Assembly (NCBI GenBank): GCA_013239625.1
Contig: MU054212.1
Span: forward strand, 7,352,270-7,416,269
Direction: 5' to 3'
DNA from: Lama guanicoe
Taxonomy: Eukaryota
Length of the DNA stretch: 64,000 bases
How positions within the stretch are numbered: the stretch's first letter is position 1; each line of letters begins with the position of its first letter. The notes beneath the pieces were generated by a model that made no database searches, was not told where the DNA came from, and saw only the letters and a list, made by a program, of their open reading frames with translations. Positions 27,434 through 40,077 of this stretch are shown piece after piece. The position numbers were made by a program, and so were the translations under genes.

Positions 27434-27478
27434 GGTGCTATGCAGAACTGGGGGTGCTGTGCAGAGCTGGGGGTGCTG
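27434..27478. repeat. 19-bp tandem duplication (tgcagaRctgggggtgctg, ~2.4 copies)
   Basis: tgcagaactgggggtgctg at 27441-27459 and tgcagagctgggggtgctg at 27460-27478. Confidence 0.85.
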
Positions 27479-29299
27479 AATTCTTGGTCTAATAAGTGGT
27501 GGAGACATGTGAGTCTGGTTAGTGGCAGGGTGGGGAGAATTCAGGAGGGAAAAGGCAAAAGTTAATGAGGCTGGGCAGAGGAGGAACACATTGTGGTATG
27601 GTAGCAAGGATGAATTTTAGAAAGCAGACCCACCGGGTCAAGATTTTAAGTATTCCGCTAGTGGTTCTGTGTTAGAACCTTTCCCCACCCCCAACTTCCA
27701 CGTGTGATCACGAAACGTACTTTACAGATAACACTTCCGGTATACGGGGCTCCCTCTGGGTGGTAAGAGGAGGCCCTGAGATCTGTTTCAGTGCAGCACG
27801 GGGCACCAATACCATTTCATCAGGGGAGAGCTGGCTTCAGATTGCAAGCGTGTGTCTTCTAACACTGAATCCTGGAGGTCAGTACCCCTGTCCTATTTAC
27901 ACTGGAAACATTGACTCTGCAGCTTTCACACCTGAGAGAGAAACATAACAAGGGCAGCAAGAATGTTAGTGTTTGTTTCTAACCCCCCCAAAGTGAAACT
28001 GCTGGAACCCCTGCACGTTCTCTTCCGTTTCACTCCTAAAGAACGTTCTTTAATCATCGCCTGTGGGGACTCCTGAGCGGTTCCCTTAGCCGGGCTCAGT
28101 CGGCTGATAGCCGACAACGATAAAGCGGGTTTGCTGCTTTTCCCTTCTTTTATTGGTAGTAACCCTTCGGCATCACCACCCCTGGTGTTTTCCAGCAGGA
28201 CAGCCTTGTTCTGAGAACACCTCTCGGATTTCAGCTCTGCTTCAGCTCTGTCATCTTCAGGCACTTTCCTTGGGAAGCTGGAATAGTTCCTTAAGGCTGG
28301 TTACAGAACAATAAAACTGATGGATTTTATTCAGCCCAAACATTCCACTCCCAGTGATGACCATCCCCAGGGTAGAGCCCTTGGGGAATGTCCCCCATTT
28401 ATCTGGAGGGCCACTCATTAGGATGTAAAGAGAACCTTTGTTCCTCACTTGAGTTTGAGAGCTTCAGCCCTGAAGCCACTTACCCATTTCAGCAAGTTTT
28501 AGCCACGTTTCTCCCAGGAGGCCTCTGTAAGGGTCTTGTGCAAACCAGATCTGTCTGTTCTGAGGAACTGGCGCTCCATATATTGGGCTCACGCTCACAC
28601 TCTTGGCCGAATTGGACTCTGCTGGAAGCTTGATTGTGATTTGTCCCAAGCTCAGAGCCAGTGGACTACAGCTGCCCCTCCACTCCCTTCCATGTCTGTG
28701 TGACTGTCCATGGGCGTGGAAACCCATTAGCACTTTTGATATTTTAAGAGGAATCTCTTTATATGGATTTATTAAACCATTAACAGGACTCTATGCCATC
28801 AAAATATCCTCATATGAATATAAGATTTTAAAATTCTGGATTTTCCTACACATGGAAGATAATCATATTCCAAAATGTGCTTTCTGAAATTAATGTGACC
28901 TGATTTAAGAGTATTTTGCAAAGCAGAAAATAAAACAACTTCGTCTGAAATAATTGGCCAAAGAGACCAAGTTCAGTTTAGTCTAATTTACTCACGATTT
29001 GAATTTTGCTCATTTCCTTGAAATATTTAAAGATAGTTTATACTAATAAAGGTGATGCAAACAGAGCAATTATAAGAAGTCAAAGAGGAGGGCCCCAGAA
29101 GAAGCAGGTGTCTGGGATGAATCAGTTACAGCAAAAAGGGTGGAACCTTTAGCTCTGAGCCTCCCGCCAGCCGGGTCAGATGTGGAAACAAACGTAGGCT
29201 GTCGCTGACATCTCCTGAAAGCTTGCTCCATGTCAGGTCCAGATCTAAGGGTCTCTTTTTGTGCAAACTTCTTCCTTTTTACTTTCACAGCTACCCGGA

Positions 29300-29455
29300 A
29301 TCAGGTATTACTGACGTCCACATTTTACAGATGAGTAAACTGAGGCAAAGGAAGGTAAAATAACTTGCCCAAGGTAACGTAGCTCGTATATGAGGGAGTT
29401 GAAATCTGAACTCAGGCAGTCTGACCCCAGAGTTTAGGCTCTTAACCACAGTGGT
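29300..29455 (-). mobile_element. MIR SINE
   Basis: 'cattttacagatgagtaaactgaggcaaagg...taacttgcccaaggt...gaactcaggcagtctgacccc...gctcttaaccac'. Confidence 0.92.
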
Positions 29456-30597
29456 TCTTCTCCAGAAAGAGTCCACCAAGAGGGAAAAGCTTCCCCTTGC
29501 CCTGATTTTAAGAAAAATTATTTAGTATAGCCTTAGTCTGGGTAATGTGATAGAAAATCAAAAACTTGGTCCTATTTTTGCAAAAGTGGGAATATGTCCT
29601 CCGTGAAGCAACGTCTTGTGTCGCTATCAAAGTTAGGGGAACAGCATTAACCTATAACTGAGAGGCATATGCACTTTGCTTTATGATGTTGTAGACAGGC
29701 ACAGATTGGATTCTAAATGTACAGGAGATAGCTCCGTGAGCTTGTCTCTTAGACTGTCTTGCTCATATGTCAGAGGTTTTCAGCAGGATTTTAGAAGTGT
29801 CTGCTTGAGATCAGTGCAGAGTTGTCTTATTTAGCCAGTGCTTAAAAATATATAGTGCAAATTACTGGTTAGAGTCCCATGCCTGGAACTCAGAATGCTG
29901 GTTTGTGGGACAGTGGCGTCCTCTGGATGGGCACAGGATTATGGTTTGGGGATGGCTTGGTAAGGTGAGCTGTGGAACTGGAAGGAACAAATTTGATGAG
30001 GAGAAAAAAATTCAGGTATAGTTAATCAGTCTTGTCTGTTAAATAAACTTAATATTTTATAAGGTACACTTTTTTTAAACAGGGACTCTTTGTTAAAATA
30101 TCATTATACTTAATAATATTATACATGAAAGTTATTTCATTAAGAATTAAAGAGAAGCTGAAATAAATATGGGTTAATATAAGTAAATATTGAATATGTT
30201 CTGCCTGTAATATTCAGAAAAAGTTCAATTTTTAGACGTTTGATTTAGCCCTTACAGTTACATTCCTGGAGAGAATGCCAGATGGTGAGAGTTTATTTAG
30301 ACATAGTTATTAAACAGCTAATTATTAAACATCTCACATTGTTTAAACAGTTTTACAAAAATAAGTGATTATTTTTGTTTTCAAAACATGTCCTATAAAT
30401 GGGCTTTCTTTTTCTATTTCACTGGTAGCCATCTTATATTCCCCCTTGATTCACTGTTTATTTTGGAAGTAGAAAGGAATTTGGGGTAGAGGGGGAGCAG
30501 TTGAATACATAACTTAGTTTAGCAAAGAGAAACTTTCTGTTTCCAGAAAACAAAGCTTGCAGGCTTTTCGGCTAGTTACTGTTTGCTGTTACTCTCT

Positions 30598-30616
30598 CAT
30601 CCAGTAGGGGGCAGGA
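30598..30616 (+). promoter_or_regulatory. Candidate CTCF-binding motif
   Basis: CCAGTAGGGGGCAG at 30601-30614 matches the CTCF core CCASYAGRKGGCRS, in non-repeat DNA. Motif match only. Confidence 0.5.
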
Positions 30617-31191
30617 TGTAGCAGTCTGTGAACTCACAAACTTTTAAGGGGTTAAATGAGAAGCAGTTATCATATTCATTTGGAGTTACTGTTTAACTAA
30701 TTAAAAAGCTGTTTTTTCCCCCCTGATATATATGTTCTGATTAATTCTATTAAATCCCCCAAAGAGAGATTATGCTTATTTGCAAAATACTATATTGTAA
30801 CAAATCAACACCTGGCCCAGTTCTCCTCCAGAATACCTATGTGCTTTCACAGATCTCAAGAAACTATTTTCCATTGTTGGTTTAAAAAAAAAAAAAAGCA
30901 AATGGAAATTTACTGTATACTCCAGTCTCTATTCAGATGTTGTATTTTAGGACAAGAAGACAGTATAGACATTTGTTATTAACTAAGAGGGAGCCACATA
31001 TCAAACACTTTTCCGAAATGCTTGTACCCCGCCCCTTCGAGGCATGGGTTGCAGAAATAAATGGAACAATGATTCTCCCGTCAAGGAGCCTGCATTCTAT
31101 TGGAAGGAGACAGAAGATGCACACAGAAATTACCAACTAAATGAAATGACTGTAGGCACTCATAATTGTTGGAAAGAAAACGAAATAGGCT

Positions 31192-31285
31192 GGGGGCGAG
31201 GGTGTAGCTCAGTGGTAGAGCACATGCTTAGCATGCGTGAGATCCTGGGTTCAACCCCTGGTACCTCTATTTAAAAAAAAAAAAA
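31192..31285 (+). mobile_element. tRNA-derived SINE (camelid Vic-1 type), inserted in an L2-like fragment
   Basis: gagggtgtagctcagtggtagagcacatgcttagcatgcgtgagatcctgggttcaacccctggtacctct + poly(A). Confidence 0.92.
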
Positions 31286-31544
31286 GATTAAAAATAGAAC
31301 ATACAATGGGAAATGAGCTAAGCTAGAGAGTGGAAGGGCAGCCTTGGGGTCAGGAAGACTTCTCTGGGAACCGGAAGCTGTCCCCAAAATTTATATGGGC
31401 TGCTTTCTTATAGCTCACTTTCAGGTCCATGGTTTGGCACTGAGAACTACTTTTCCCATTAAAAAGATAACATTGTGATTATATCCTTAAAACAGCTCGT
31501 AAAAGACCTGGAGTCACAAAAACACAGCAAAGCAGTGTTTGTAT

Positions 31545-31710
31545 TCTGGCTGTGTTGCGAGCAGTCTGCTTTAGACACGTCTGACCTCTCGGAGACTCTT
31601 TCCTCACCTGCAATGTCATGATCGTAGTATAACCAGCAAGGTTATTGAGGGCGTTACAGTTCATTTATACAAGGGGCCTAGCACAGTGCCTGGCACACAG
31701 CGGGAGCAGT
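31545..31710 (+). mobile_element. MIR SINE, degraded
   Basis: 'tttcctcacctgcaatg...tagcacagtgcctggcacacag'. Confidence 0.7.
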
Positions 31711-31742
31711 TGATATCAATCATCTGTAACAGCCTTCTAGAC

Positions 31743-31955
31743 CAGGAGTTGACATTTACTGCAGGGGTCAGACAGTAAATATTTTTGGCTTGTGGGCCAC
31801 AATGTCTCTGTTGCATCTACTTGACTATTAAAGTGTGGAAACAGCCGTGCACAACGTGAAAGGGAACGAACGTGGTTGTGTTCCAGTAAAACTTGATTTA
31901 CCAAAGCAATGCGTAGGCTGGGTTGGGCCCACTGGCCATGATTATGACCCATATT
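31743..31955 (+). mobile_element. MER58A (hAT-Charlie non-autonomous DNA transposon)
   Basis: 'cagacagtaaatatttttggcttgtgggccacaatgtctctgttgcatctact...gtggttgtgttccagtaaaactt'. Confidence 0.88.
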
Positions 31956-32394
31956 CTGGAAAACATTATATAGTTCCAATTGTATTTATAAAAGTATCAA
32001 TAATTAGAATATATTATAACTGAGGCCCCCCACCAAATGTGGCACTAATTCTGTAATAAAAAGCATTCAGTGATCTTTCCCAGTGTGCCAAAAACTTGTC
32101 TCCCTGCTGGAGAGACAGAAAAGGTTGGGGAGCTATCAGTGTCCTCAATTGTTATAGACCCGAAGTTCATGGCCTCGGGCCATCCTTCTACTGGCGCAGA
32201 GCTGCTGATAGTGGAGTGTCTTGGGTGAGAGAGGGGTGTTGTGTTGGCGGGAAAGGTAGGAGCCATGGGGGTTCAGAGTTCCCCAACAGCCTAACTTTCT
32301 AGGAATGTTTCTCAACCTTGGGCTCAGGGTGTCACTTTATTTTCCCTCAAACATGGCCACCCACTGGCCCATCTCCTCCCTTTCTCTGGTCCAG

Positions 32395-32560
32395 GCCAGG
32401 CGTTCTGAAACTTTCCAGTTGCATCAGAATCACCTGGGAGAGCTTAGCACCATGGCAGACTGCCGCACCCTAACCACCCTGTAACCCCACCCTCCAGGCC
32501 TCCATTCTCATTCAGATACAGCTGTGGTGATGCTCGGGCATCTAGATTTTGATCACATGC
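32395..32560. mobile_element. MER5-like hAT fragment
   Basis: 'gttctgaaactttccagttgcatcagaatcacctgggagagctt'. Confidence 0.6.
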
Positions 32561-33609
32561 AAACTGTTAGAAGATAAACTCAGGCGTATTACAGATTTTC
32601 AGAGTTTGAGGAAAAATTGGGTAGGGCAGCACCAAACCAGAAATGGTTAAGGGCGCTCTGCCAGCAGGGACCAGGCGAAGGACTTAGAAACTGCAGAAGC
32701 AAAGGAAGGACGTTACTGATGGGCTTAGAGCGTCGCTGGCTGCCTGTGCCTGGCTGTCCTTGGGGTGCGGACTTGGCAGCAGTGAGGCGCCGACAGGCTT
32801 GGGCCTGGCTTGCTCACGTTGTAGGCAGTCGGGGCTTTAGAGCGTCCTCACTCTGATGGTCTCCTTGTGTCACCGATGTGACTTGCCCTAGCTCATCTGG
32901 CTGCCACTTTCTGAGAAGTACTGCCCTAGGGTTAGGACTTGCTTGACACCTGAGAGCGATGGCTCGGCGTAAAGATGGGCTCCTGTTCGTGAAGGAGAAA
33001 ACGGGGACTCTTTCTCTTGTGCTTTTTCTCTCTCCTCACCAGGCAACTCTGCCACGTGTACTTGCCTAGTAAATTTGGCATCGGGAGCAGGGCGATGAGA
33101 GGGAGTCAGGAGGAAAGAAAAGGGGAAGCATGCATAAAATGTGTGTAGCTCTGCACTGCCTTATGTGTAACCTGCCCTTGAGGCTTGGTCCAGCCCATGG
33201 GGACTGGCCAGGGTTAGGCGCTGCCTGTTTGTGGCTGCAGAAGCAATGGCTGTGGACCGGTCTTGAGAGAAAGCGTAAACGTTTTCACAGTTAAAACACA
33301 CATCGAGCACACTTGCTCTCTGCGTCTCCCCACAAAAACGTAGTTAAAAGATAAGTCAAAACGAATTGAGCTGTCATTTTCTGCAAACTGCCGCTCCAAG
33401 GTAGAGAAGTGTTTGAGAGTCAGACATCTAGAGTGGCATAAAGATGGCATTTAGGGCATCAGAAATGGCATCAGTTTTGGAATTAGAGGATGCAGGGGAC
33501 TAGGATTGTGGCGTGTGCCTTTGTGTTCGTAGTGAGCTCATTTTGTTTTCTCATAGGTCGAGGCATTATGTAAATCTCAGGATTTTTCACTGGTGTGAAA
33601 TGAATTGCT

Positions 33610-33745
33610 AGAGAGGCAGGATAGCGTGGCAGCTAAGATTCAGCCCCCTTTTGGCTGAATGGCTTTGGGAAAGCTAATTTTACCTTTCTGCGCTTTCGGC
33701 TTCTCATCTGTAAAATGAGGATGGTAATACCTCCCTCCTGTATAT
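33610..33745 (+). mobile_element. MIR SINE
   Basis: 'ctcatctgtaaaatgaggatggtaatacctccctc'. Confidence 0.8.
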
Positions 33746-33934
33746 GCTAAAGGGGTGAGCAGTTACACCTGCTAGAACAGCGCATCACAGCCCGCTGCTC
33801 CGGGCACTTGACCTGGTCCTGCAGACAATGGAGTCAACCCTGTGCTGATGCTGCTTTTTCGGTTAAAAAATAAGAGCCAAGTTTTTGTCTTTAGTGGGAG
33901 CTTCTCATGGAAATACTGAATGCATGACCCAGGA

Positions 33935-34155
33935 GTCTCAACAGAGCGGCCAAATCGCGGGCTCTGAAGCTGGCCAGCAGCTCGCGTCGCATCTTCACCA
34001 CTTACTCGTGCGTCACAGTGGACACGCTGTTACGCTGCCCATTGCTCAGTTTCCTCATGGGTAAGACTGGGGTGAAAAGAATACACGCGTCATTGAATTC
34101 AGTTGGACTGAGAACTCGTATACGGAGAGTTCTTGGCTCGTAGTGAGAAGAGTTC
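33935..34155 (+). mobile_element. MIR SINE, unusually CpG-rich
   Basis: 'ccacttactcgtgcgtcacagtggaca...gctcagtttcctcatgggtaagactgggg', with ~15 CpGs in 200 bp by hand count. Confidence 0.65.
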
Positions 34156-34440
34156 AGGGAACATTAGCCGTCAGCACTGCTCGGACATGAGCGGGGGGCG
34201 GGGGTGACCGACGGACGAGGGAGCTGGGCCTGGAGCGAATCGCGCGGCGCTGCAGGGAGATGCGGGGTCTCCTCCGGACCACGAGGGCGCCTTTTATAGA
34301 CAAGTGATGTGGGTTTGCGTCTGGATCGTAGTCTTAAAGAATTAGAAGAAATAATCCACGAAGGGTTTAAATGTAAATTGAGTGTAAGTGCAAATTCTAT
34401 GTAATGTGAATGTAAATTGATCTGAATGTAAATTGGTGTA
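33940..34440 (-). promoter_or_regulatory. Small CpG island with TATA box and GC box: candidate orphan promoter/enhancer
   Basis: About 33 CpGs in 33940-34330 (hand count). TATAAAAG on the minus strand at 34298-34291, GGGGCGGGG at ~34195-34203, and three AATGTAAATTG copies at 34370-34435. Confidence 0.5.
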
Positions 34441-37400
34441 GGATACTGTTTTTTTTTCCCCCCAAGTGTCCAATTGCTAAATAACTGCGTCCAAAACAGA
34501 GAAAGCAAACAGAATACAAATTAGTTATGGCTCAAATGTGCCCTATTTTCTGAGTCCGTGTGGTTTTCACGTACTTGGAGACCCAACAGGGACCTGGTGG
34601 AAGCAGCATGTCTAGATATGGCTCTACGGCCGGCTGTGCAAGGCAGGGCCGAGATGCGTGCCTCCTGTGAAGCACTGGGGAAAGCGCTTAGGTGTTTTAG
34701 CTTTCATTGGGTTCTATTGGTCTGGCAAGAATCGCTCTTATTCTCTAAAATTAAACACTACTGCCGAGGGCTTTGAAGAGAACCGCAAAAAAAAAAAAAG
34801 GCGCTTTTTAATTCTAACTTTGATTTGACATGTACCTTAAAACCTGTTGTATCCTCAAATTTACCGCCATGCCTCTGTTTGCGAAAGAGTTTATTCTCAT
34901 TTTACACACGGACAGACAGACCCAGCCCAGTGGTTGTCGGCGCGGGGCCTGGTGCCCAAATCCTCCCCGGTGACCTGCAGGCCCTTCACAAGCATGTATT
35001 TCTTTTCTGGTCTAAATCTCCCACCTGTGATGCCGGCGCAGCATGGGGTTGAGCAGGTTGGAGGCACTTCATACATTCTGGTTGAACGAGTCTCCTAATA
35101 AATTTTTATTAGAAGGAAAACAAACCTACAGGCAAAGGAGAGAAAAATCAAAAGATACCTTGGTTTGAATGTCTCTGATAGAAATGTGTATAAATTTATA
35201 ATTATCAAAGTGTCAAAGGATAGGTAATTGAGTAGAAAAACATAGCGATAATGTATGTTTGTAATACAGAAAAGAAACAACTCTTTGAAATGCCATGTGA
35301 TGTGATGGGGCAGTGGTGGGGACAAGGAAAACACAGGATTCAAGGTTGGAAGGCCTGGCTGATGGTCTGGCTGGAACAGTTAGGAAGGGTCCTCAGACTC
35401 TCAGCTTCAGTTTCAGAAAGTGACGGTAAAGATTTGTCTTCCCTGTGATACGGATCAGATGAATCAAGGCATGTGACGTCTAAACCAGAAAGCTCTCAAA
35501 ATCGTTCACTAATTATGTTTTTAAAGATAAATATCATATGCAAGTATTTATGTAATTTGTCAAGAACACCTGCACGCTTTCTTAGATTCTGCTTAACACT
35601 CAGTGAGGTACGTATTGAAAGGGGTTTGACGCGGTGGTGAAGAGGGAGATGACAGGTTGTGTAATGCGAGTTTACCATGACGGTTCGCATGTTCAGGATT
35701 CATTTCCAGTGTCAGCAGATGTGGCCTTCGCCGTCGCGACAGCAGCAGCAATGTTGAGATTAACGAGGAGAGGTTGTCCCAAAGGACTGGCGCCCTGAGA
35801 TACAGGTTTTGCTTTTATATACAGGCCGACCCCCGATTCAGAAAGGTCTTTTTCATTTTCCAGCTGTTTCTCCTTCCTCCTCCCGGCTTTAGCCTCACTC
35901 TGTCTGGACATGGGGTCACTGTGGCTAAAACCTCTGCTGCCACTCCCCTGGGGTCCAAGAGCAGGGCTCAGCACCCCACCGCCAACCCAGCCTGTCCGTA
36001 AACGTGGAATGAGAGGGAAGACGCCAGGCCATACGAGGCTCTGGGAGGACACACCAATTAAGTTCCGTGGGGGGAAAAAATCAGTGAGAAAGAAATCCTG
36101 TCCAAACATGACATCAGAGCCATTAGTGAGGAGTGTGGCATTCTATTTAATTCTAAGATCTTATGTAGAAATCTGAGTTTGACCTTTGGCGTCGGCAGTC
36201 TCTGTAGCCAAGCTGCATGATAATGAAGAGGAGGTGAATAATTGATTTAGGGGCGGAACAGGCACGCCACCGCCTTCCTGCTGGTCTAAGCCCAGCACCA
36301 CCCTACTCTGCCTGGCACGCGTGGAGCACGAGTGAGCCATCGTGTCACATTGTCACATCCTCCAAGAGAGGCACACGACTCATGAGAGGTTTTCATTTCA
36401 CCAGTACAAACAGAACAAAGCCGAAACCCACTGTGTATACCACGTTAGGAGGTTGTGGGTTCAGTGCCAGACGAGCCCCACTCTAGTGCCAGGCCCGCCA
36501 GGGAAAGCCTGCTGCTGTTTTCCAGTCTTCCAAGGTGCTACATGCTCTCCTTCCTCTGGCATGGTGTGTAAAGCATTCTTCCTTTCTGTTTCTCTAGTAG
36601 ATAGAAAATGTGTGCAACAAGAGATTTTTCTTTTTCCTTTCTTTTCTTTTTAAGAGCCCTTGAAGAAAGATTGCTCATAATGAAAGGTTTGTCATAGGTG
36701 ACATTGTTATAATTTAGGGTTGTCAAATGAAGTGAGAAATCGTTTCGCTGGTCGCATAGTTTATTGTTGCAAGCAAAGCATTTCTGGTAGAGGGGAAAAA
36801 AATGTTTTATTGGGAGATATTTTATTTCAAATGTATTTTTTGAAGAACTTTTATAAACGGTTCTTCCCTGTCTCCCGCCTTCCATTCTTAGCTGTCGGTT
36901 GGATGTGCAGGTGTGCCATGCTGTTTATGTTCTGTTCACGTTTATGGGGTATGTTCTGCTTATTGTTTCTCCTTATATAGTATGATTAGATTCTCCCTAC
37001 CTTCCTCCTCCCTTTTCTTTTTCTATCTAAACTCACACTCCTTCTCTTTGACCTGCAGCCTGAGGGTGGGATATTTGAGGCCTATCTGCTTTTGTTCTGC
37101 TGAGTGTGTGGAGAACAGGGTTCTGGGAGGTGATGCTGGCCGTTGAGATTGGGGCGACCAGTCTGTGACCCCTGTCTTTGGCAATGTCATTTGTAGTCCG
37201 GTTTCATAAATCACTCAAGTGAAGCAGGATAGGGTGCTATCAATATTGGGGGACGGGAAATTGAAGATTCCTAAATTCACCAGTTTCCGGGTTGGACCCT
37301 CTGAAACTTTACTTTTGACAGATACAACAAGACCCAATAACTCATTTCTCCTAACGTCTTCCTTTTCCCTCTAACACCTTTGCCTGTTTCCCTCTCATAA

Positions 37401-38059
37401 GAGAAAATCAAGTAAGACAACAGACCTCCTAAGTTTTGGCCGCTGTGTTACTAATCAGGGGTGGGGAGGGAGAGGAGAAAAAGGACAGGACAGGAAGTGG
37501 TGGGGATGCAGCTGAAACCTTCATTTTTGTAGAAAACGTACCCTGGGTGTCACCGTCTTCCTCGTGAGTCTTCAGCTCTTTTCCACCAGAGAACACACAA
37601 AGCGGCAAGTCCTGACGGTGTTTCTGCTTCCAGAAACTGGTGAGAGTAGTGAGAGTAGCGAGTAGCATCCCTTGCATGCTTGAAGGGATGCGTACCTATT
37701 TTTCCAAACTGGCCCACCCACCCTGCATCCTCCTTTCTTCCAACTCGGGCTTTAATCGTGGGGGTTTTCGATACTCCTCCCCACTCGATCTGTCTCCTAA
37801 GGAAGAAGCCCCATTATTGGTGACCTTGACTGAGTTTCCGTGGTTGTGATAAAGCCCATTCCGTGCTTGTTAGCGAGCTACTTATGTGATACTGTTTGCA
37901 TTTTCCTATTAGGAGTTTTATTTAGGAGGGAGGGAGGTCCTGTGATCTAGCATTACTTCATCTCCTTCAGTGACAGTGCTGGCAAAGCGACAGCAGAGGC
38001 GCCCACGCACCCTTACCACTGCAGGAACCCACCTCTGCATCCTCTGCAGGACACGGCAA

Positions 38060-38572
38060 GGCTCCTTAGCCAGGCAGGTCAGACCCCGCGCGATCTGGCT
38101 CCTTTATTCCTCTCTAGGGGGTCTCTTTTCATCTCAAAATCTGCCCTCCCTTGACACTCAACTGCTTGAGTGGCTGTGCACGCCACGCCATTCCGTGCCT
38201 CCTGCGTCCTCTCCTTGGTCATCCTCTGTAGTGGAAAAATGTCTTTACTTGACACGTCTTTCATTCTTCTAACCTGCCCAAACACACGCAACAGTTTTGC
38301 CAGGTGTTCCCCCAGCTGCAGTCTTTGTGACCAACTAGCTCCGTGCCCGTCCCTCTACCACCCAAGGGCAGGGTCTGTGCCGTCCTCTGACCTGTCTGGT
38401 ATGTCTCTATCTTTACAAGCTGCTGTTTCTCTTTATCCTTTTGTGTTACAACCATCCGTACCTCTCTCTCCTCCACTAGATGTGACCCCTTGAAGCAGGA
38501 ATAGATTTCCTATATCAGAGCCCAGCGCCTTGCACATAGTAGGTCAAAGAATACACTATTCATATGAATGAA
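38060..38572 (+). mobile_element. L2 3' end
   Basis: 'ccactagatgtgaccccttgaagcagg...cccagcgccttgcacatagtaggtcaaagaata...atgaatgaa'. Confidence 0.7.
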
Positions 38573-39620
38573 AATTAAAACAAGCTAAGAGGCTTATTAT
38601 TCTATGGGGTTTAGTTCAAGGCAGATCTTGGAATCCATCCACCAGCAAAGGAACTAAAATTAAATCATCTATTGTGGAATCCCTGACGGCTTGTTCTGTC
38701 GCTGCAGTGGAGTGCCTTAAATAAGGAGAGGCTTTTCTCACGGGCAGCCTGGTCTCAGCCATTCCCAATAAACAAAGGATATGAGAAGTCGAAACTTTCA
38801 AGGGAAAAAAGCTGGTGCCAGTCTCCACATTTTTAGTAATCATATTTGCTCTCTGTGGGCCATGCTTTTATTTTTTCCTCTCACAGCGTTAAATATGGTC
38901 TTGAATTATCTCTGATCTCTCAGTGAACAGCCATTGAAAGGAAGGGAAAAAAGCATAGTAAATGAGGGGAAATAAAAATTTTTAATATGTAAATTAAAAT
39001 ACCTTTATTTCTTTGTGAGAACATTGTAAAGGGGTTTAATTTTTAAACTCATTCAATTATCCTAAGTTCAACACATTATTGCCAAACCCTTCCTTTTAAA
39101 AGACATATCATGTAATAACTTCTAATGTTAACTATATCTTGTATTTGTTCAGAGTAAATATAGTGCCACTGGTAATTACCACTAGAAGTTTTATGAATGT
39201 AGCTGGATTGCTTACAGAATTTAATTAAGCTTTGGATCCTCATACACCAATTCTAGCCTAATGAGATGGCCTTAAACATATCTCTGGGAATTTCTTGGGC
39301 AGAATCACTTTCTAAGAAATCAAAGTGAGGAAAAGAATCCGGAGGTATTTTTGTTTCATTTCCCTTGAAAGGTTTAGCTGCATGTTTACCATATGTTTGG
39401 GTTTATTACATTTAATTTGAACGTGAGACGTTTGAGAGAAATGCCTTTAAAATAATTTCCAAAAGACTATAGCCTTTATACAGAAGCAAAAGTACAGAGA
39501 CAGCAGATGACAGTTGTTTATAAAATGTTTTTGCTGCTGAGGATCTTAACTACAGGTGAATGGATGAATACAACTGGGTACGGAGAGGTATTTAAGAGAA
39601 AAGAAAAGAAATTAAGTTAC

Positions 39621-40077
39621 TATAGTAGACAGAATGACGCCCCCAGGAGAGATGTCCACGCTGCAATCATCAGAACCTGTCAAACTACGGAACTAAGTTT
39701 GTAGATGGAATTAAGGTTGCTAGTCATCTGACTTTAAAATAAGAGATTACCCTGTTTTATCCATACGGGTCCAGTGTACTCACAAGGGTCCTTAAAATGG
39801 AAGAGGGAGCAGAAGAGGAGGGCAGAGTTACAGAGAAACCTGGAGATGCTGAGCACCCGGCTTGGAAGATGGAGGGAAGGGGCCTGTAGCCCAGGAAGGC
39901 AGACAGCCTCCGAGCTAGAGCAGGCCAGGAGGTGGATTCTCCCCAAGAGCCACCAGAAAGCAGCACAGTCCTCCTGACACCGATATTTCAGCCCAGTGAG
40001 ACTTCCAGCTTACCAGACTGTCAGGAACGTGTGGTGGTGGTGGTAATTTGTTACAGCGGCAACACAAAACTAATACA
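39621..40077 (+). mobile_element. MaLR solo LTR (MLT1D-like)
   Basis: 'agatggaattaaggttgctagtcatctgactttaaaataagagattaccctg...cacaagggtccttaaaatggaagaggg...ggtaatttgttacagcggcaacacaaaactaataca'. Confidence 0.9.

Noticed and set aside
35693..36176. Overlapping 75-138 aa ORFs in the GC-richer block
   Set aside because: No recognisable domain or splice structure. Longer chance ORFs are expected at higher GC.
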